From an uncultured Pseudomonadales bacterium (lineage in GTDB: Bacteria; Patescibacteriota; Microgenomatia; UBA1400; PJMF01): a stretch of 63,473 bases of DNA. This document shows positions 27,012-37,875 of the stretch, piece by piece. The stretch spans positions 1 to 63,473 of the forward strand of contig CAYNWG010000002.1 of assembly GCA_964400865.1 (NCBI GenBank), given 5' to 3'. The translations under genes were made by a program, and so were the position numbers. Under the pieces are notes generated by a model. It saw nothing but the letters and a program-made list of their open reading frames with translations, did no database searches and had not been told where the DNA came from. Positions within the stretch are counted from its first letter, which is position 1, and each line of letters begins with the position of its first letter.

Positions 27012-27833
27012 ATGCTATCTGCGCAATTAACAGAACTAAAAATTTATGAAAAACTTAAGCCGGTTCTTGATAAACTTGACTTAGAGTTGATGCGACTGCG
27101 CGAACAACCATTGGCTATAGAGCATAAGGAAGGTGTTGGCTCTCAGGCTGCGTTGGTAACTGCGGCAGACAAATATGCCGATACATATCTCAGAACAGAA
27201 CTACGTCGATTGTTTCCTGAATTTGGTTTTGTGACCGAAGAGGGCGACCACCAAACTACCGAAGAATATGTCTGGATCATCGACCCGATCGATGGGACAA
27301 ATAACTATGCCCATGGTTTAGATATGTTTGGTGTAAGTATCGGACTTTGGCAACAGGATGGCACAAGCATCTTTGGGATTATTGATTTACCTGCACGCAA
27401 TACCAGGATTTGGGGTGGGAGAGGATTGGGGGTTTGGCTCAATGGAAAGCAAATTGATACTCCAGTCCCGTTATATCCAGAAAAACCCTTGGTGTTATTA
27501 GCACCAATCTGGAAAGATGCTGCCCAAGCGAGCGAAGTGACAAAAAATTTAGCAACTCAAGTTGGTCATACCCGTGATCATGGTTGTAGTAGTTGGCAAT
27601 CTTTTTTAGTTTTGTCTGGTAAAGCCGAAGCAGCACTCCATTTTCGTTTATCAATTTGGGATATCGCCGCTGCCGTCGCTTTAGCCGAAGAATTAGGTTT
27701 AAGCGTGGTCTTTTCAAACAGCGTCCAACGACACGACTTAATAAAACTAGCTGACAAACCTGTTACCGTAGCCATTGGTCAGCAAACTTTGGCAGAGCAA
27801 CTCGTGGCTGCGGTTAAACCTTGGTCTGATTGA
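27012..27833 (+). CDS. Inositol monophosphatase-family phosphatase
   Basis: VTEEGD, WIIDPIDGTNNY, WDIAAAVALAEE. SD aaggaa precedes the ATG at 27012. The listed 26946 start overlaps the UDG gene. Confidence 0.8.
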   Translation: MLSAQLTELKIYEKLKPVLDKLDLELMRLREQPLAIEHKEGVGSQAALVTAADKYADTYLRTELRRLFPEFGFVTEEGDHQTTEEYVWIIDPIDGTNNYAHGLDMFGVSIGLWQQDGTSIFGIIDLPARNTRIWGGRGLGVWLNGKQIDTPVPLYPEKPLVLLAPIWKDAAQASEVTKNLATQVGHTRDHGCSSWQSFLVLSGKAEAALHFRLSIWDIAAAVALAEELGLSVVFSNSVQRHDLIKLADKPVTVAIGQQTLAEQLVAAVKPWSD

Positions 27834-27930
27834 CAATATTTGTATACTTTTTCAGTAGGTAATCCTCTTTCTTAAGTGGCGTGGATACTGATAGACTACT
27901 ATTTAGTAGGATGAATGTCTAACAAAACAT

Positions 27931-28290
27931 ATGAGAAAAGAAAGAGGCAAGTTCCTAACGGTAATGTTGTTTGCCATGATGATTCTCGTGGCTATAGTTG
28001 TACTTTTAGCATCGAGTTTAGATTACTCGAGCTCATATCAGTTCTCACCGAGTTGGCTACCAATATATACCCTGGTAGGTGCTTGTTTTGATCTTATGTT
28101 CTTGATTGGAATATGGTTTTGGAAGAAAATCGCTGTGTATGCCTACGTACTCTCTCAAGTAGTAGGTATACTGATTGAGGCGTTGGTATTCAAACCAGAG
28201 GCAAGCATGGTGGATGAAGCTGCTCTGGGTCTGTTTATCATCGGATTAACTCTATTTGCAGTTAACCGAAAATGGCAGTATTTTGAATAG
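27931..28290 (+). CDS. Small multi-pass membrane protein
   Basis: ORF with 3-4 hydrophobic segments. Confidence 0.45.
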   Translation: MRKERGKFLTVMLFAMMILVAIVVLLASSLDYSSSYQFSPSWLPIYTLVGACFDLMFLIGIWFWKKIAVYAYVLSQVVGILIEALVFKPEASMVDEAALGLFIIGLTLFAVNRKWQYFE

Positions 28291-28627
28291 AATCCAAAAT
28301 GCGGGCAGCGATACGGAGGATTCATTATTTTTTCAAACACTGGGTTAAACGTAATTTCTGCAGATATTGATGAGCAAGCGACACTTGCCACTAGTGAAAA
28401 CGGTGAGGGTGGAGTTTCACAAGTATGAATGCAATATTTCATCTTGGGCTAGCTCAGACCTCCGTTGATGCGATCTGTTTTGCCAACACTATAATCTTTG
28501 CGAGTGCTCACGGAACATCTGAAGAATTAGCAGAATGCTCCCAGCTGATTTGGCAAGGCAGGATATTGTTTATTTGTGATAATTTTTTAATTCCAGTATG
28601 CAGAAGGATTTTTTTAACGATCAACGA

Positions 28628-29221
28628 TCAACTAGCAAACGGCACAAACGCTACTTGCTGCCAATCGCTCACCACTGGTGTTGAAGTATGGATAGCGATT
28701 CCAGAGGCTTCATAGGTAAGAGGAAGCTGGATAGACTGTGTTAATTGTTCGGCAGCTGCCTGTTTTTGTTTAGTGCTCAATACCATACTAGCTGAATCAA
28801 AACCATCGTACAGCATGCTAAAGTGTGCGCGGAAGGGCACTTCTGCTAGCGTTACGCCAAAAACTTCTCGAGCTCGTTGCGCCAAAAGTAATAATTCTGG
28901 TGTCTCAACTACGGTGAAAAAGACGCACTTGAAATAGGTTTCGCCAGTACCCACTCCAGTCAGAGCAATTGGAATTTTCTTGAGTATCGTTTTGGCAATT
29001 TCTTGAGCAAATGCCACGATTTCAGAAAGCGTTGCCCAACGTTCAGGAATTAATGTGACGTGAGGTACGAACTCTGGGCCCCCATACTTTTGAGCCAAAG
29101 CTGACATGGCAATAGTAAGCATATCCAAGTTATTTTCCTCTGGTTGTAAATACAGAGAGAAACGTTGTTTTGAGTCTGATTCATAACTGGTAGATAGCAT
29201 GAGTGGAATTATAGCAGGCAA
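28628..29221 (-). CDS. 2H-phosphoesterase (LigT / cyclic phosphodiesterase-like)
   Basis: Two HxT/S motifs at typical spacing: PHVTLIP and AHFSMLY. Confidence 0.65.
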   Translation of the reverse strand: MPAIIPLMLSTSYESDSKQRFSLYLQPEENNLDMLTIAMSALAQKYGGPEFVPHVTLIPERWATLSEIVAFAQEIAKTILKKIPIALTGVGTGETYFKCVFFTVVETPELLLLAQRAREVFGVTLAEVPFRAHFSMLYDGFDSASMVLSTKQKQAAAEQLTQSIQLPLTYEASGIAIHTSTPVVSDWQQVAFVPFAS

Positions 29222-29256
29222 ATAATATCCGTTGGTTTCTTTGCTTACTTCTTGAT

Positions 29257-30105
29257 ATGATAGTCAATACGTTGTTTTTTATGCACATTTCTGTAGTCTT
29301 ACTCATTATTTTATTATGCAGCGCGTTAATCTCTCTGTTTTTGTATCGGTATCAAGGTAGGAGAGACATTATCCAACTAGACATTGTGCAGTTTGCATAT
29401 CTATTTATCTTTGCACCTTTCTTATTTGTATGGTTAAAAAGTTTTGTGTTTGTGCAGGTGAGGGCAGAGCTGGGTGGAAATGTTAGTGCTAATGAATTTT
29501 TTGTTCTTGACACTGTTGTATCAGTGATTGCTCTCTATTTGTATGGTATTACAGCCATGAAGGCTCTCACAAAAACATTGTACCTAAAAAGACACAAAGA
29601 TCCTCTGGCAGATTTGTTTCAACACACAGAATACATACACCTGTGGTTTTCTCACCTTGTTATGTTTATTGGAATTGCGGCGGTTTTAACAGTTTTGGCG
29701 GCGATAAATTTGTTCATTCCTTTTCAAGTCGCCAATTCGGCTATGATTACAATCGTTATGATAGTTCTGGGTGTGGTTTTTGGCATCTGCAGTTATATTA
29801 TTTTATTGCTTTCCAATCCAAAACAAGAAGGCTATCGTTTGTTGAAAATAGTTAAGCTAGTGTATGGCGTATTTTTTAGTCTTTACATTTTTTCTTATTT
29901 TCTAATGAGTCCACCACTAGCTACTTCTCACTCATTTTATTGGTTTTGTTTGTTTATATTTGCTACTTTTGTAGTTTGTAGTTTTTCCACGTATAAATCG
30001 CCCAGAGCCAACTCATTTCTTGAAAGGGTGACAGATTTATTTCGCGATTATTCTTGGGGAAATAATATTACTTTACTCAAACCAACAAAGCAAAGAAAGG
30101 CATAA
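29257..30105 (+). CDS. Multi-pass membrane protein, unknown function
   Basis: ORF with at least 6 hydrophobic segments. Confidence 0.5.
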   Translation: MIVNTLFFMHISVVLLIILLCSALISLFLYRYQGRRDIIQLDIVQFAYLFIFAPFLFVWLKSFVFVQVRAELGGNVSANEFFVLDTVVSVIALYLYGITAMKALTKTLYLKRHKDPLADLFQHTEYIHLWFSHLVMFIGIAAVLTVLAAINLFIPFQVANSAMITIVMIVLGVVFGICSYIILLLSNPKQEGYRLLKIVKLVYGVFFSLYIFSYFLMSPPLATSHSFYWFCLFIFATFVVCSFSTYKSPRANSFLERVTDLFRDYSWGNNITLLKPTKQRKA

Positions 30106-31766
30106 TGTCAGAACTTCAACTACTCCCACTTGGTGGAATGGGCACCGTTACTCAAAACATGTTCGTCTATGAATACGAAAACGAAATATTGCTCGTTGAT
30201 TGCGGTATTGGATTTCCTGATATGCAAATGCCTGGTGTAGATATTTTGATTCCAGATGTAGCATACATTTTAACCAAATTAGAAGAAGGCAAGCGAATAG
30301 TCGGTATGATCCTTACCCATGGTCACGATGATCATATTGCAGCGTTACCTTACCTACTGCCACACTTACCGCATTTCCCAATCTATGGTTCGCCGTTAAC
30401 TGTGGGTTTTGCCCGTCAAAGAGTAAGTGAAATTACTCTTGAACCAGAATTTCATGTAGTGGCTGAAAGAGAAGAATTTAGAATAGGGAGCCACTTTTCT
30501 GCCAGAGGGTATCGGATCACTCACTCGGTTCCTGACACTCGTCATTACGCAATTAAGACGCCAGCTGGTCTCATTTATCATGGGAGTGATTTCAAGCTTG
30601 ATGAACATCCAGTAGACGGTCTAACGAGCGATCTTGAACACATTGGTCAACTCAAGCAAGAAGGCGTTCTCCTAATGATGCTTGATTGTTTGAGAGTGGA
30701 GTATGATCGACCGGTTAAATCTGAAACGACGGTTGGTCCTGTCATGAGTCGATTAATGAAAGAGACAAAAGGTAAGTTTGTGGTAACGCTGATGAGTTCC
30801 CATATTCATCGGATTCAGCAAGTGATAAATGCGGCAGCCGAGGAAGGCCGCCGCGTCGCCTTTATTGGGCGATCCGTAGAACAAAATGTTCGCATTGCGC
30901 AGGAGCTTGGACAATTGCAATACAACCCAAATATGGTGGTAGACAAGCGCGATCTTGATCAAGTGCCTGATAGTAAGGCTTGCCTGATCGTAGCCGGAAG
31001 TCAGGGACAAGAAGGTTCTTCGTTAGTTCGAGCTATTTTTGGTGAACATCCAGTTTTCCAAATAAAGCCAACAGATACGGTGGTCTTTTCTGCCGATGCA
31101 ATTCCAGGTAATGAGTTAGCTTATTTTGCCGCGATTGATGAATTAGCCAGAAATGGAGTACACGTGCTGTATCCTGATGTGGAAGAAGATTTGCATGAAT
31201 CAGGTCACGCCAGTCGGGTAGAGCAAAAACAGATGGTAGATCTTGTTCGACCAGAATTTGTAATGCCGATCGGCGGTGCCGATCGGCACCGTTCCAAATT
31301 CAAAGAATTTGTGGCAGAGCCCGCTGGCTATGATACCAAACATACGCTTTTGCCAGTAACGGGTGAAATCTTGGGTATTTCGGCATCCGGCATTCGTGTC
31401 GTAGATAAGATTACGCTTAAACCTCCAGTTGTAGACGGTTTGGGAGTAGGGGATGTTGGACCAGCGGTTTTGTCAGATCGGCGTAACCTCAGCCAGGCTG
31501 GTATGGTGGTTGTGGTTATTCCAAAGATTCATGGCAAACTTGCTGTAGAAAAAACAGAGGTAATTTCCAGAGGTTTTGTGTTCATGAAAGAAGCTGAGGA
31601 AGTTATTGACTTTATTCGAGAAGTTGTGCGAGAAACAGTCCAGCAGAATCAAAAAACTGGTGAGGGCGATCTCAAACGAGCAATAGAAAAGAGATTGGCT
31701 CGCAAATTGTATAAAATAATCAGGCGAGAACCATTAATTCTACCGGTAATTTTGCCAATCTCTTGA
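30105..31766 (+). CDS. rnj: Ribonuclease J
   Basis: Metallo-beta-lactamase/beta-CASP: LVDCG, THGHDDHIAALP, HGSDFK, SGHAS. Length 553 aa. Confidence 0.92.
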   Translation: MSELQLLPLGGMGTVTQNMFVYEYENEILLVDCGIGFPDMQMPGVDILIPDVAYILTKLEEGKRIVGMILTHGHDDHIAALPYLLPHLPHFPIYGSPLTVGFARQRVSEITLEPEFHVVAEREEFRIGSHFSARGYRITHSVPDTRHYAIKTPAGLIYHGSDFKLDEHPVDGLTSDLEHIGQLKQEGVLLMMLDCLRVEYDRPVKSETTVGPVMSRLMKETKGKFVVTLMSSHIHRIQQVINAAAEEGRRVAFIGRSVEQNVRIAQELGQLQYNPNMVVDKRDLDQVPDSKACLIVAGSQGQEGSSLVRAIFGEHPVFQIKPTDTVVFSADAIPGNELAYFAAIDELARNGVHVLYPDVEEDLHESGHASRVEQKQMVDLVRPEFVMPIGGADRHRSKFKEFVAEPAGYDTKHTLLPVTGEILGISASGIRVVDKITLKPPVVDGLGVGDVGPAVLSDRRNLSQAGMVVVVIPKIHGKLAVEKTEVISRGFVFMKEAEEVIDFIREVVRETVQQNQKTGEGDLKRAIEKRLARKLYKIIRREPLILPVILPIS

Positions 31767-31820
31767 GATAAATTAATCAGCCTCTTGTTTAAGGGGTAAA
31801 CTTATGATATATCCTATAAT

Positions 31821-34004
31821 ATGAAGAAGCGGAGTAAGCGCAGACATCCAAAATTAAAAATGAAGCCGGAAACCACGCAGGCAATTGTTGGCGTTGGTTT
31901 CATTACGGTTGGCTTACTCATACTCATCTCTTTCTCTGGCCAGGGCACAGCTTTAATTGCCATCAATCAGTTTTTAGTAGAAAAACTTGGCGCATCATTA
32001 CTGTTACTCCCATTTTTATTGATCGCTGCTGGTTTAAGTCTGTTTCGGACCAAATTTCGGTGGACTCAACCACATGTATTATTGGGAAGTCTAATTTTAT
32101 TCATTGGCTTTGTCTTGCTTTTTCGCACTGGCACAATTGGTCTAAATAGTTTTGAAAGCACCAGTCGCTTAATCAGTAAGGCCGGAACTATCATTGCCAG
32201 CATCGCGCTGATGCTTGTTGGTATTCTAGTCATGACTCAGTTAAAAGTGCAGGAAATGATTGATGTTTTTGGTTTGTTAAAACGCAAGCCTGCTAAACCA
32301 ATCGAAAAAGGTGGGTCAGATGAGAAGTCACCCAGTCGTTTTCATTTACCATCGGTTCATTTGCCAGCATTACCATTTCGTTCAAAAGAAAAAACGCAAG
32401 ACGAACGATTTGTTGACGATGACAGCGCCAAAAAAACGACGAAACCGCCACTACTAGAGCCTCTCATCACCCCGCCACCGAAAGATCCTCCAACAACAGA
32501 ATCCTTGCCAAAAAGTACCAACATTGCGCCTTCTACAACAATATGGCATCTGCCACCAATTGATTTGCTTGAGGAAGCAAAAGGTGTGAAAGCTAATCGG
32601 GGTGATGTGAGTAAAAATGCCGACACAATTGAGCAAACACTTGAATCATTTGGCATTCGTGCAGAGGTCAAAGAAGTTAATCGAGGACCAGCGGTAACGC
32701 AGTACGCGCTCGAAATCAGTAGAGGTACGAAGCTATCCAAGATTACTGGTCTTTCAACCGACTTAGCATTGGCGTTGGCGGCACCAACGGGGCAAATTCG
32801 GATTGAAGCACCAATTGCCGGGAGATCATTAGTTGGTATTGAAGTACCAAACTACTCAGCCGAATTTGTCAATTTACGCGACATGCTTGAAAAACCAATT
32901 ATGAAAAAACAAGCGAATAAAAAGCTGCTTGTCGCGTTGGGCACTGATGTTACCAACCAGCCAGTAGCAGTTGATATTAATGCTATGCCACACATTTTGA
33001 TTGCCGGTGCTACTGGTTCTGGTAAATCAGTGGCATTGAATAGCTTTTTGTGTTCAATTCTTTTCCGCGCTACACCGCAGGAAGTTCGATTAATCCTAGT
33101 TGATCCAAAAAGAGTTGAATTAACTTGGTACAAAGAAATTCCTCATTTACTTACCCCAGTAATTGTTGAAAGCAAACAAGTTGTGGCTTCGCTCAACTGG
33201 GCTGTGCATGAAATGGAAAATCGCTACAAATTATTACACGAAGTGGGAGTTCGGGAGATTGCAGGGTATAACGAAGTCGCTGGTCACTCAGCTATGTATC
33301 ACATTGTCATTGTCATTGATGAACTAGCTGATGTAATGATGTATGCACCAGCAGAAGTGGAAGAAGCGGTCACGCGCATCGCCCAAATGGCTCGGGCTGT
33401 TGGCATTCATTTGGTCTTAGCCACCCAACGACCTTCAGTAGATGTACTGACTGGTTTAATCAAAGCAAATATACCTGCTCGTATTGCTTTTAATGTGTCA
33501 TCAATGACTGATTCACGAGTAATCTTGGACACTCCTGGAGCAGAAAAGTTGCTTGGCAAAGGTGATATGTTGTTTATATCTCCAGATAGAGCCAAACCAA
33601 TTCGTGTGCAAGGCACCTACGTTTCTGATAAAGAAATTAAACGATTAACCCAATACTTACGTGACCAAGACTTTGAGCCCCAGTATTTAGAAGAAGTAAC
33701 TTCAAAATACAAAGTTATGCCAGGAAAATCGGGAGTACTTGATACCAATGGTGATGAAAAAGATGAACTCTTTTTGGAAGTATGCAAAATCTTAATTACT
33801 CAGGATAAAGCATCTTCTTCAAGTATCCAGCGGCGCTTTTCCATTGGATATAATCGCGCCGCACGCATTTTGGATCAACTTTATGCCGCAGGAATGATTG
33901 GGCCCTCTGATGGAAGCAAGCCGCGTGGCATCAATGCTACAAGAATTATGGAATATATTCACCATGAAGAAGGAACAAACGGTGAAGATTCTGAAAATTA
34001 TTAA
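31821..34004 (+). CDS. ftsK: DNA translocase FtsK/SpoIIIE
   Basis: N-terminal TM segments, Pro-rich linker, PHILIAGATGSGKS, VIVIDELADVM, ATQRPSVDV, gamma-domain SSSIQRRFSIGYNRAARILDQL. Confidence 0.92.
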   Translation: MKKRSKRRHPKLKMKPETTQAIVGVGFITVGLLILISFSGQGTALIAINQFLVEKLGASLLLLPFLLIAAGLSLFRTKFRWTQPHVLLGSLILFIGFVLLFRTGTIGLNSFESTSRLISKAGTIIASIALMLVGILVMTQLKVQEMIDVFGLLKRKPAKPIEKGGSDEKSPSRFHLPSVHLPALPFRSKEKTQDERFVDDDSAKKTTKPPLLEPLITPPPKDPPTTESLPKSTNIAPSTTIWHLPPIDLLEEAKGVKANRGDVSKNADTIEQTLESFGIRAEVKEVNRGPAVTQYALEISRGTKLSKITGLSTDLALALAAPTGQIRIEAPIAGRSLVGIEVPNYSAEFVNLRDMLEKPIMKKQANKKLLVALGTDVTNQPVAVDINAMPHILIAGATGSGKSVALNSFLCSILFRATPQEVRLILVDPKRVELTWYKEIPHLLTPVIVESKQVVASLNWAVHEMENRYKLLHEVGVREIAGYNEVAGHSAMYHIVIVIDELADVMMYAPAEVEEAVTRIAQMARAVGIHLVLATQRPSVDVLTGLIKANIPARIAFNVSSMTDSRVILDTPGAEKLLGKGDMLFISPDRAKPIRVQGTYVSDKEIKRLTQYLRDQDFEPQYLEEVTSKYKVMPGKSGVLDTNGDEKDELFLEVCKILITQDKASSSSIQRRFSIGYNRAARILDQLYAAGMIGPSDGSKPRGINATRIMEYIHHEEGTNGEDSENY

Positions 34005-34054
34005 TAACTTGAAAGAGCGTTGTATACTGGTGTAATCAAATAAAAAGGAGGCAT

Positions 34055-34936
34055 ATGAAAAAGCAATATCTGGGTGCACTAGTTGTGGTTTTATTGTTAG
34101 CCGGCGCAACATTGTTTGTCACTCGTTCAAACAAATCGGGAACTAACTTCATGACGACTGGAGTTGGTGGTGCTCAACCGATGGCAGTGCAAAAAGAAAT
34201 GATTGCCTACGACTCATATCAACCGATGCCACCCTATGTTGGAGGTGGCGACGCACTAACTGTTGAAGAGCGTCAGTATCAAACCTATGCTTCGTTTAGC
34301 GTGGTAGTGAAAGATGTGAGTGGATACTTAAATCAACTAAGAGAAAAATATTTAGGGATGGAAGGTCGAGTTTTGAGTCTTTCTACCAACACTTCGGGTA
34401 AATACCAAAATGGATATCTGACTGCAAAAGTACCAGTGGCTTCATTTGATTCTGCTAGTCAAGAGGTAACGAAAGGAGTAGAAAAAATAGTTGATCAATC
34501 GGTCAATTCTACCGATGTAACTGGCGTAGCTGTCAGTCTAGAAGAACAAATTCAGCAGCTAGAGACACAACGTTCTCAACGAGAAGTTGATTTACTCGAA
34601 GCTAAGACGGATGCGGAGAAAAAGCGCATTCAATTAGACATTAATCGATTGCAAAATCAAATTGAGTCACTCAAGAAACAAAAAGAAAATCAACAAACGC
34701 AGGTTCAGTACGCTACCATTACAGTTTCTGCAGCTTCGTCAGAAAAAGTTTTTAATCCTTCTACCAGACCTGATTTGGGTGAAACGCTGAAAGATGCAAT
34801 TGATTCTGTTTTGAACAATCTGTTCGAAGTTGCGCAATTCTTTATTTGGGCTGCAGTCTATGCGGCGGTGTTAGTGCCTGCTGTATGGTTGATTGGCAAA
34901 TTGCGCAAACCAAAAACGCCAGTGACGCCTGAATAA
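34055..34936 (+). CDS. DUF4349-like membrane-anchored coiled-coil protein
   Basis: Strong SD (aaaaaggagg), N-terminal anchor, central coiled coil, C-terminal TM. The family call is by overall architecture only. Confidence 0.5.
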   Translation: MKKQYLGALVVVLLLAGATLFVTRSNKSGTNFMTTGVGGAQPMAVQKEMIAYDSYQPMPPYVGGGDALTVEERQYQTYASFSVVVKDVSGYLNQLREKYLGMEGRVLSLSTNTSGKYQNGYLTAKVPVASFDSASQEVTKGVEKIVDQSVNSTDVTGVAVSLEEQIQQLETQRSQREVDLLEAKTDAEKKRIQLDINRLQNQIESLKKQKENQQTQVQYATITVSAASSEKVFNPSTRPDLGETLKDAIDSVLNNLFEVAQFFIWAAVYAAVLVPAVWLIGKLRKPKTPVTPE

Positions 34937-35011
34937 AATGGGTGTATACTATCGGCTCTCATTTCAAGAACGTTCGGGAAGCGATCTAACCATGGTCGGG
35001 CGTATTGTGGT

Positions 35012-35968
35012 ATGAACTGTATGAAAAACATACTTGTGGTTAACCAGTTAAAAAAGATCTACCCACCTGCAACAAAGCGTGATAGTGAGTTCTGTGCTTT
35101 GGACGGCATTAGTTTCACAGTAAAAAAAGGTGAAATTGTTGGTTTGCTTGGTCCCAATGGGGCTGGCAAATCAACCACTATCCAAATGCTCATTGATACG
35201 CTCAAACCAACCTCTGGCACCATTGAATATTTTGGTAAAGATCTACACCAAAATCGCAGTGAGGTTTTGCAGCACGTAACATTTGCCAGTACCTATATAA
35301 AAATGCCCTGGCGTTTGACGGTACTCGAAAATCTGTGGATTTATGCGTTATTGTACGGCTTGAATAGAGAGCAATTTAATCAACGGGTAGAAAACTTTTT
35401 AAAATTTTTTGGCGTGTGGGATCAACGAAACAAAACGATTGGTATGCTTTCTGCTGGTCAAATTACTCGGATAATGCTGGCAAAGGCATTTATTCCACAT
35501 CCGAAGATAGTGCTACTGGATGAACCAACAGCTTCATTAGATCCAGACATGGCTCATCAGGTTCGTGATTTTGTGAAGCGTCAACAAAAAGAATATGACA
35601 TGAGCATTATCTATACCTCGCACAATATGGACGAGGTCGCTGCTGTTTGCGATAGGGTTATCTTTTTGAATCATGGCAAAATTGTGGCGTTAGATACACC
35701 GGACAATTTGGCAAAATCAGTATCGCTGGCTCGGGTGCGCTTATGGGTCAAAGATGGCTTGAAGCGAACTGAGCGATTTGCCAATGAGCAAGGTTTAGTT
35801 AGTCATATTGAAGATAGAGAAATTGTGATTGAGATCGATGAACCAGCAATTGCTGGGTTTCTCGCCTCACTCGCCGACGCTCAAATTGAGTATTCGCAAA
35901 TTAGTATTGATAAACCAACGTTGGAAGATTATTTCCTGAGTATGAGCAAACAAGAACAAACCAAATGA
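35012..35968 (+). CDS. ABC transporter ATP-binding protein (ABC-2 type exporter)
   Basis: GPNGAGKST, LSAGQITR, VLLDEPTASLD, TSH. The start may be the ATG at 35021. Confidence 0.88.
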   Translation: MNCMKNILVVNQLKKIYPPATKRDSEFCALDGISFTVKKGEIVGLLGPNGAGKSTTIQMLIDTLKPTSGTIEYFGKDLHQNRSEVLQHVTFASTYIKMPWRLTVLENLWIYALLYGLNREQFNQRVENFLKFFGVWDQRNKTIGMLSAGQITRIMLAKAFIPHPKIVLLDEPTASLDPDMAHQVRDFVKRQQKEYDMSIIYTSHNMDEVAAVCDRVIFLNHGKIVALDTPDNLAKSVSLARVRLWVKDGLKRTERFANEQGLVSHIEDREIVIEIDEPAIAGFLASLADAQIEYSQISIDKPTLEDYFLSMSKQEQTK

Positions 35969-36753
35969 ACATAGCAAAACACAGATTACAAGCATTGTTT
36001 ACCAGACACCTGTATCCACTGAAGCGAGATTTTGATTTGCTTTCAGATATGATCTATTGGCCACTTATCGACACAGTTTTGTGGGGCGTGACTGGTATGT
36101 GGTTGACCGAAACAAGTGGGGTGCCTGAGTTAGTAGTGGCGCTTTTGATGGGCCTCATTATTTGGAATATTATTTGGCGGTCACAATCTGAGGTTGGTCG
36201 CAATATGATGGATGAAATTTGGAATTCCAACTTGGTGAATCTCTTTTCTACGCCGGTCTCAATATTAGAGTGGCTAATTTCTGTAATTGGTTTGTCTTTT
36301 GTCAAAACTCTCGTCACTTTACTCGTGATTATTCCCGTGATGGTCTTCTTGTATTCCATTAACGTACTGACGCTGGGTCTGTGGTTGCCAGTATTTTTTG
36401 TGTTGGCGAGCATGACTGGGTGGTCGGTTGGTTTATTAGCTTCGGGCATTGTGCTCCGCTGGGGACCCAGAGTACAAACGGTGATTTGGACGTTACCGGG
36501 GATTTTGTTACCGTTTAGTGCGATCTATTTTCCTGCCGCGCGCCTACCTGGATTATTGCAGACGATTTCATGGTTTGTGCCCACTACCTACGTGATGGAA
36601 ACGTTGCGCGCGGTCGTCTTCGGCGGTACTCCAGATATCATGATGTTGGTAAAAAGTCTTGCGTTGAATATGTTCTACTTAGCGTTAGCTTCAATTTTCT
36701 TTTTGCGTAGCTTTGAGTACAGCAAAAACATGGGACTTAATCGATTTACCTAA
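35965..36753 (+). CDS. ABC-2 type transporter permease
   Basis: 4-nt overlap with the ATPase gene. Six hydrophobic segments. Confidence 0.75.
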   Translation: MNIAKHRLQALFTRHLYPLKRDFDLLSDMIYWPLIDTVLWGVTGMWLTETSGVPELVVALLMGLIIWNIIWRSQSEVGRNMMDEIWNSNLVNLFSTPVSILEWLISVIGLSFVKTLVTLLVIIPVMVFLYSINVLTLGLWLPVFFVLASMTGWSVGLLASGIVLRWGPRVQTVIWTLPGILLPFSAIYFPAARLPGLLQTISWFVPTTYVMETLRAVVFGGTPDIMMLVKSLALNMFYLALASIFFLRSFEYSKNMGLNRFT

Positions 36754-36793
36754 CCTCATTTACAAGCATTCAAATCCTGAGTATGCTTAGAAG

Positions 36794-37816
36794 GTGAGAA
36801 GGTTATCTGTATTTTTTCAACAACGTCCCAAGCGGTGCATGATTGCATTATTTTGTTTAATCGCATTGTCTTGCGTGATGACGTTTCTTATTTGTCAGTC
36901 TCAAAATCAAACGCTTCGCTTGAGAAACAAGTTTCTAGAACAGCGGTATGTGGAGCAAATGAAGCAAGATGTCGATGCTGGTCAACCGGTGAGACAACCA
37001 ATCCCAGACCAACAAGAAATAGAAAAGACATTTGAATCTCGTGATGGGAATTTGCTCACCAAGGTCTACTGGTCCCCCGATGACTACGGATTTGATGTGG
37101 AAACAGTAGATCTGACAACCCATAATGTAATTACGAAACATTCTGATAATCCCTATTTTGCACTTCTCAAACAATTGGAAGGATTCCAGATCGTAAAGAT
37201 GTTGTTAAAAACTGAAAATTCAACAAGATATGCTGTGTTTGAAACCTCATATTACAATAGTGCCTACCAAATCTTTGTTGCATCGCTAGATGAACAAGGT
37301 GTAGATTTCCAATTGAATTCGTTTTTACTACAGACAACTTCAGCAAAAGCTGCGGCGTTCGATGGACGGGCCTTTATTGACTACTATCCTCAGTCACAAC
37401 AATTGTTGATCGAAGCTGGCTTCTTTGATGGTTGTGGAGGAGCAGGCATGTTTAGATTAATCTCAAAGAATGGTTCAGTCCAAGAGCTTCAAGACTATGG
37501 CAGTGGCTGTGGCTTGCAAGCAAGGTACCTTGGGTATATTGAAGACTTGTTGTATTTTGGCGAAATTAATATGACAGAAGAGAACCAAGAAAGTTGGGAA
37601 GATGCAAAAATCATCACTGTGTACAGCTTGAATCCTCTGACGAAAGAACGGAAAAATTTACAAATTGATTTGACAAATTACTCCTTTGATAGCACTTGGC
37701 AAGTTGTGGCAGACCAGCTTACTGCCTCAGAATTACTGCTTTATGATAAAACTATACAAGAAGGTTTTGCACTCAATGTAAAAACGTTAGAATTGCGGAG
37801 TGTTGGCAAACTGTAA
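36794..37816 (+). CDS. N-terminally anchored hypothetical protein
   Basis: ORF with one TM. TATGCT lies 6 nt upstream of the GTG start. Confidence 0.45.
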   Translation: MRRLSVFFQQRPKRCMIALFCLIALSCVMTFLICQSQNQTLRLRNKFLEQRYVEQMKQDVDAGQPVRQPIPDQQEIEKTFESRDGNLLTKVYWSPDDYGFDVETVDLTTHNVITKHSDNPYFALLKQLEGFQIVKMLLKTENSTRYAVFETSYYNSAYQIFVASLDEQGVDFQLNSFLLQTTSAKAAAFDGRAFIDYYPQSQQLLIEAGFFDGCGGAGMFRLISKNGSVQELQDYGSGCGLQARYLGYIEDLLYFGEINMTEENQESWEDAKIITVYSLNPLTKERKNLQIDLTNYSFDSTWQVVADQLTASELLLYDKTIQEGFALNVKTLELRSVGKL

Positions 37817-37875
37817 ATATAATCATTTGATGCGGTATACTTAGCTCTAGTAATAATACAGAGTAGGTTTTAATA

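Noticed and set aside
28446-28520. tRNA-like start gggctagctcagacc suggesting a tRNA gene
   Set aside because: There is no complementary D-stem return (GAGC), no anticodon arm or T-arm, and no matching 3' acceptor strand downstream. At most it is a fragment.
28155-28715. ORFs 28155..28442 (minus strand) and 28425..28715 (plus strand) as real genes
   Set aside because: Each overlaps a better-supported neighbour by about 90-135 nt. Both have Cys-rich low-quality composition and no start signals. The region is kept only as an unexplained spacer.
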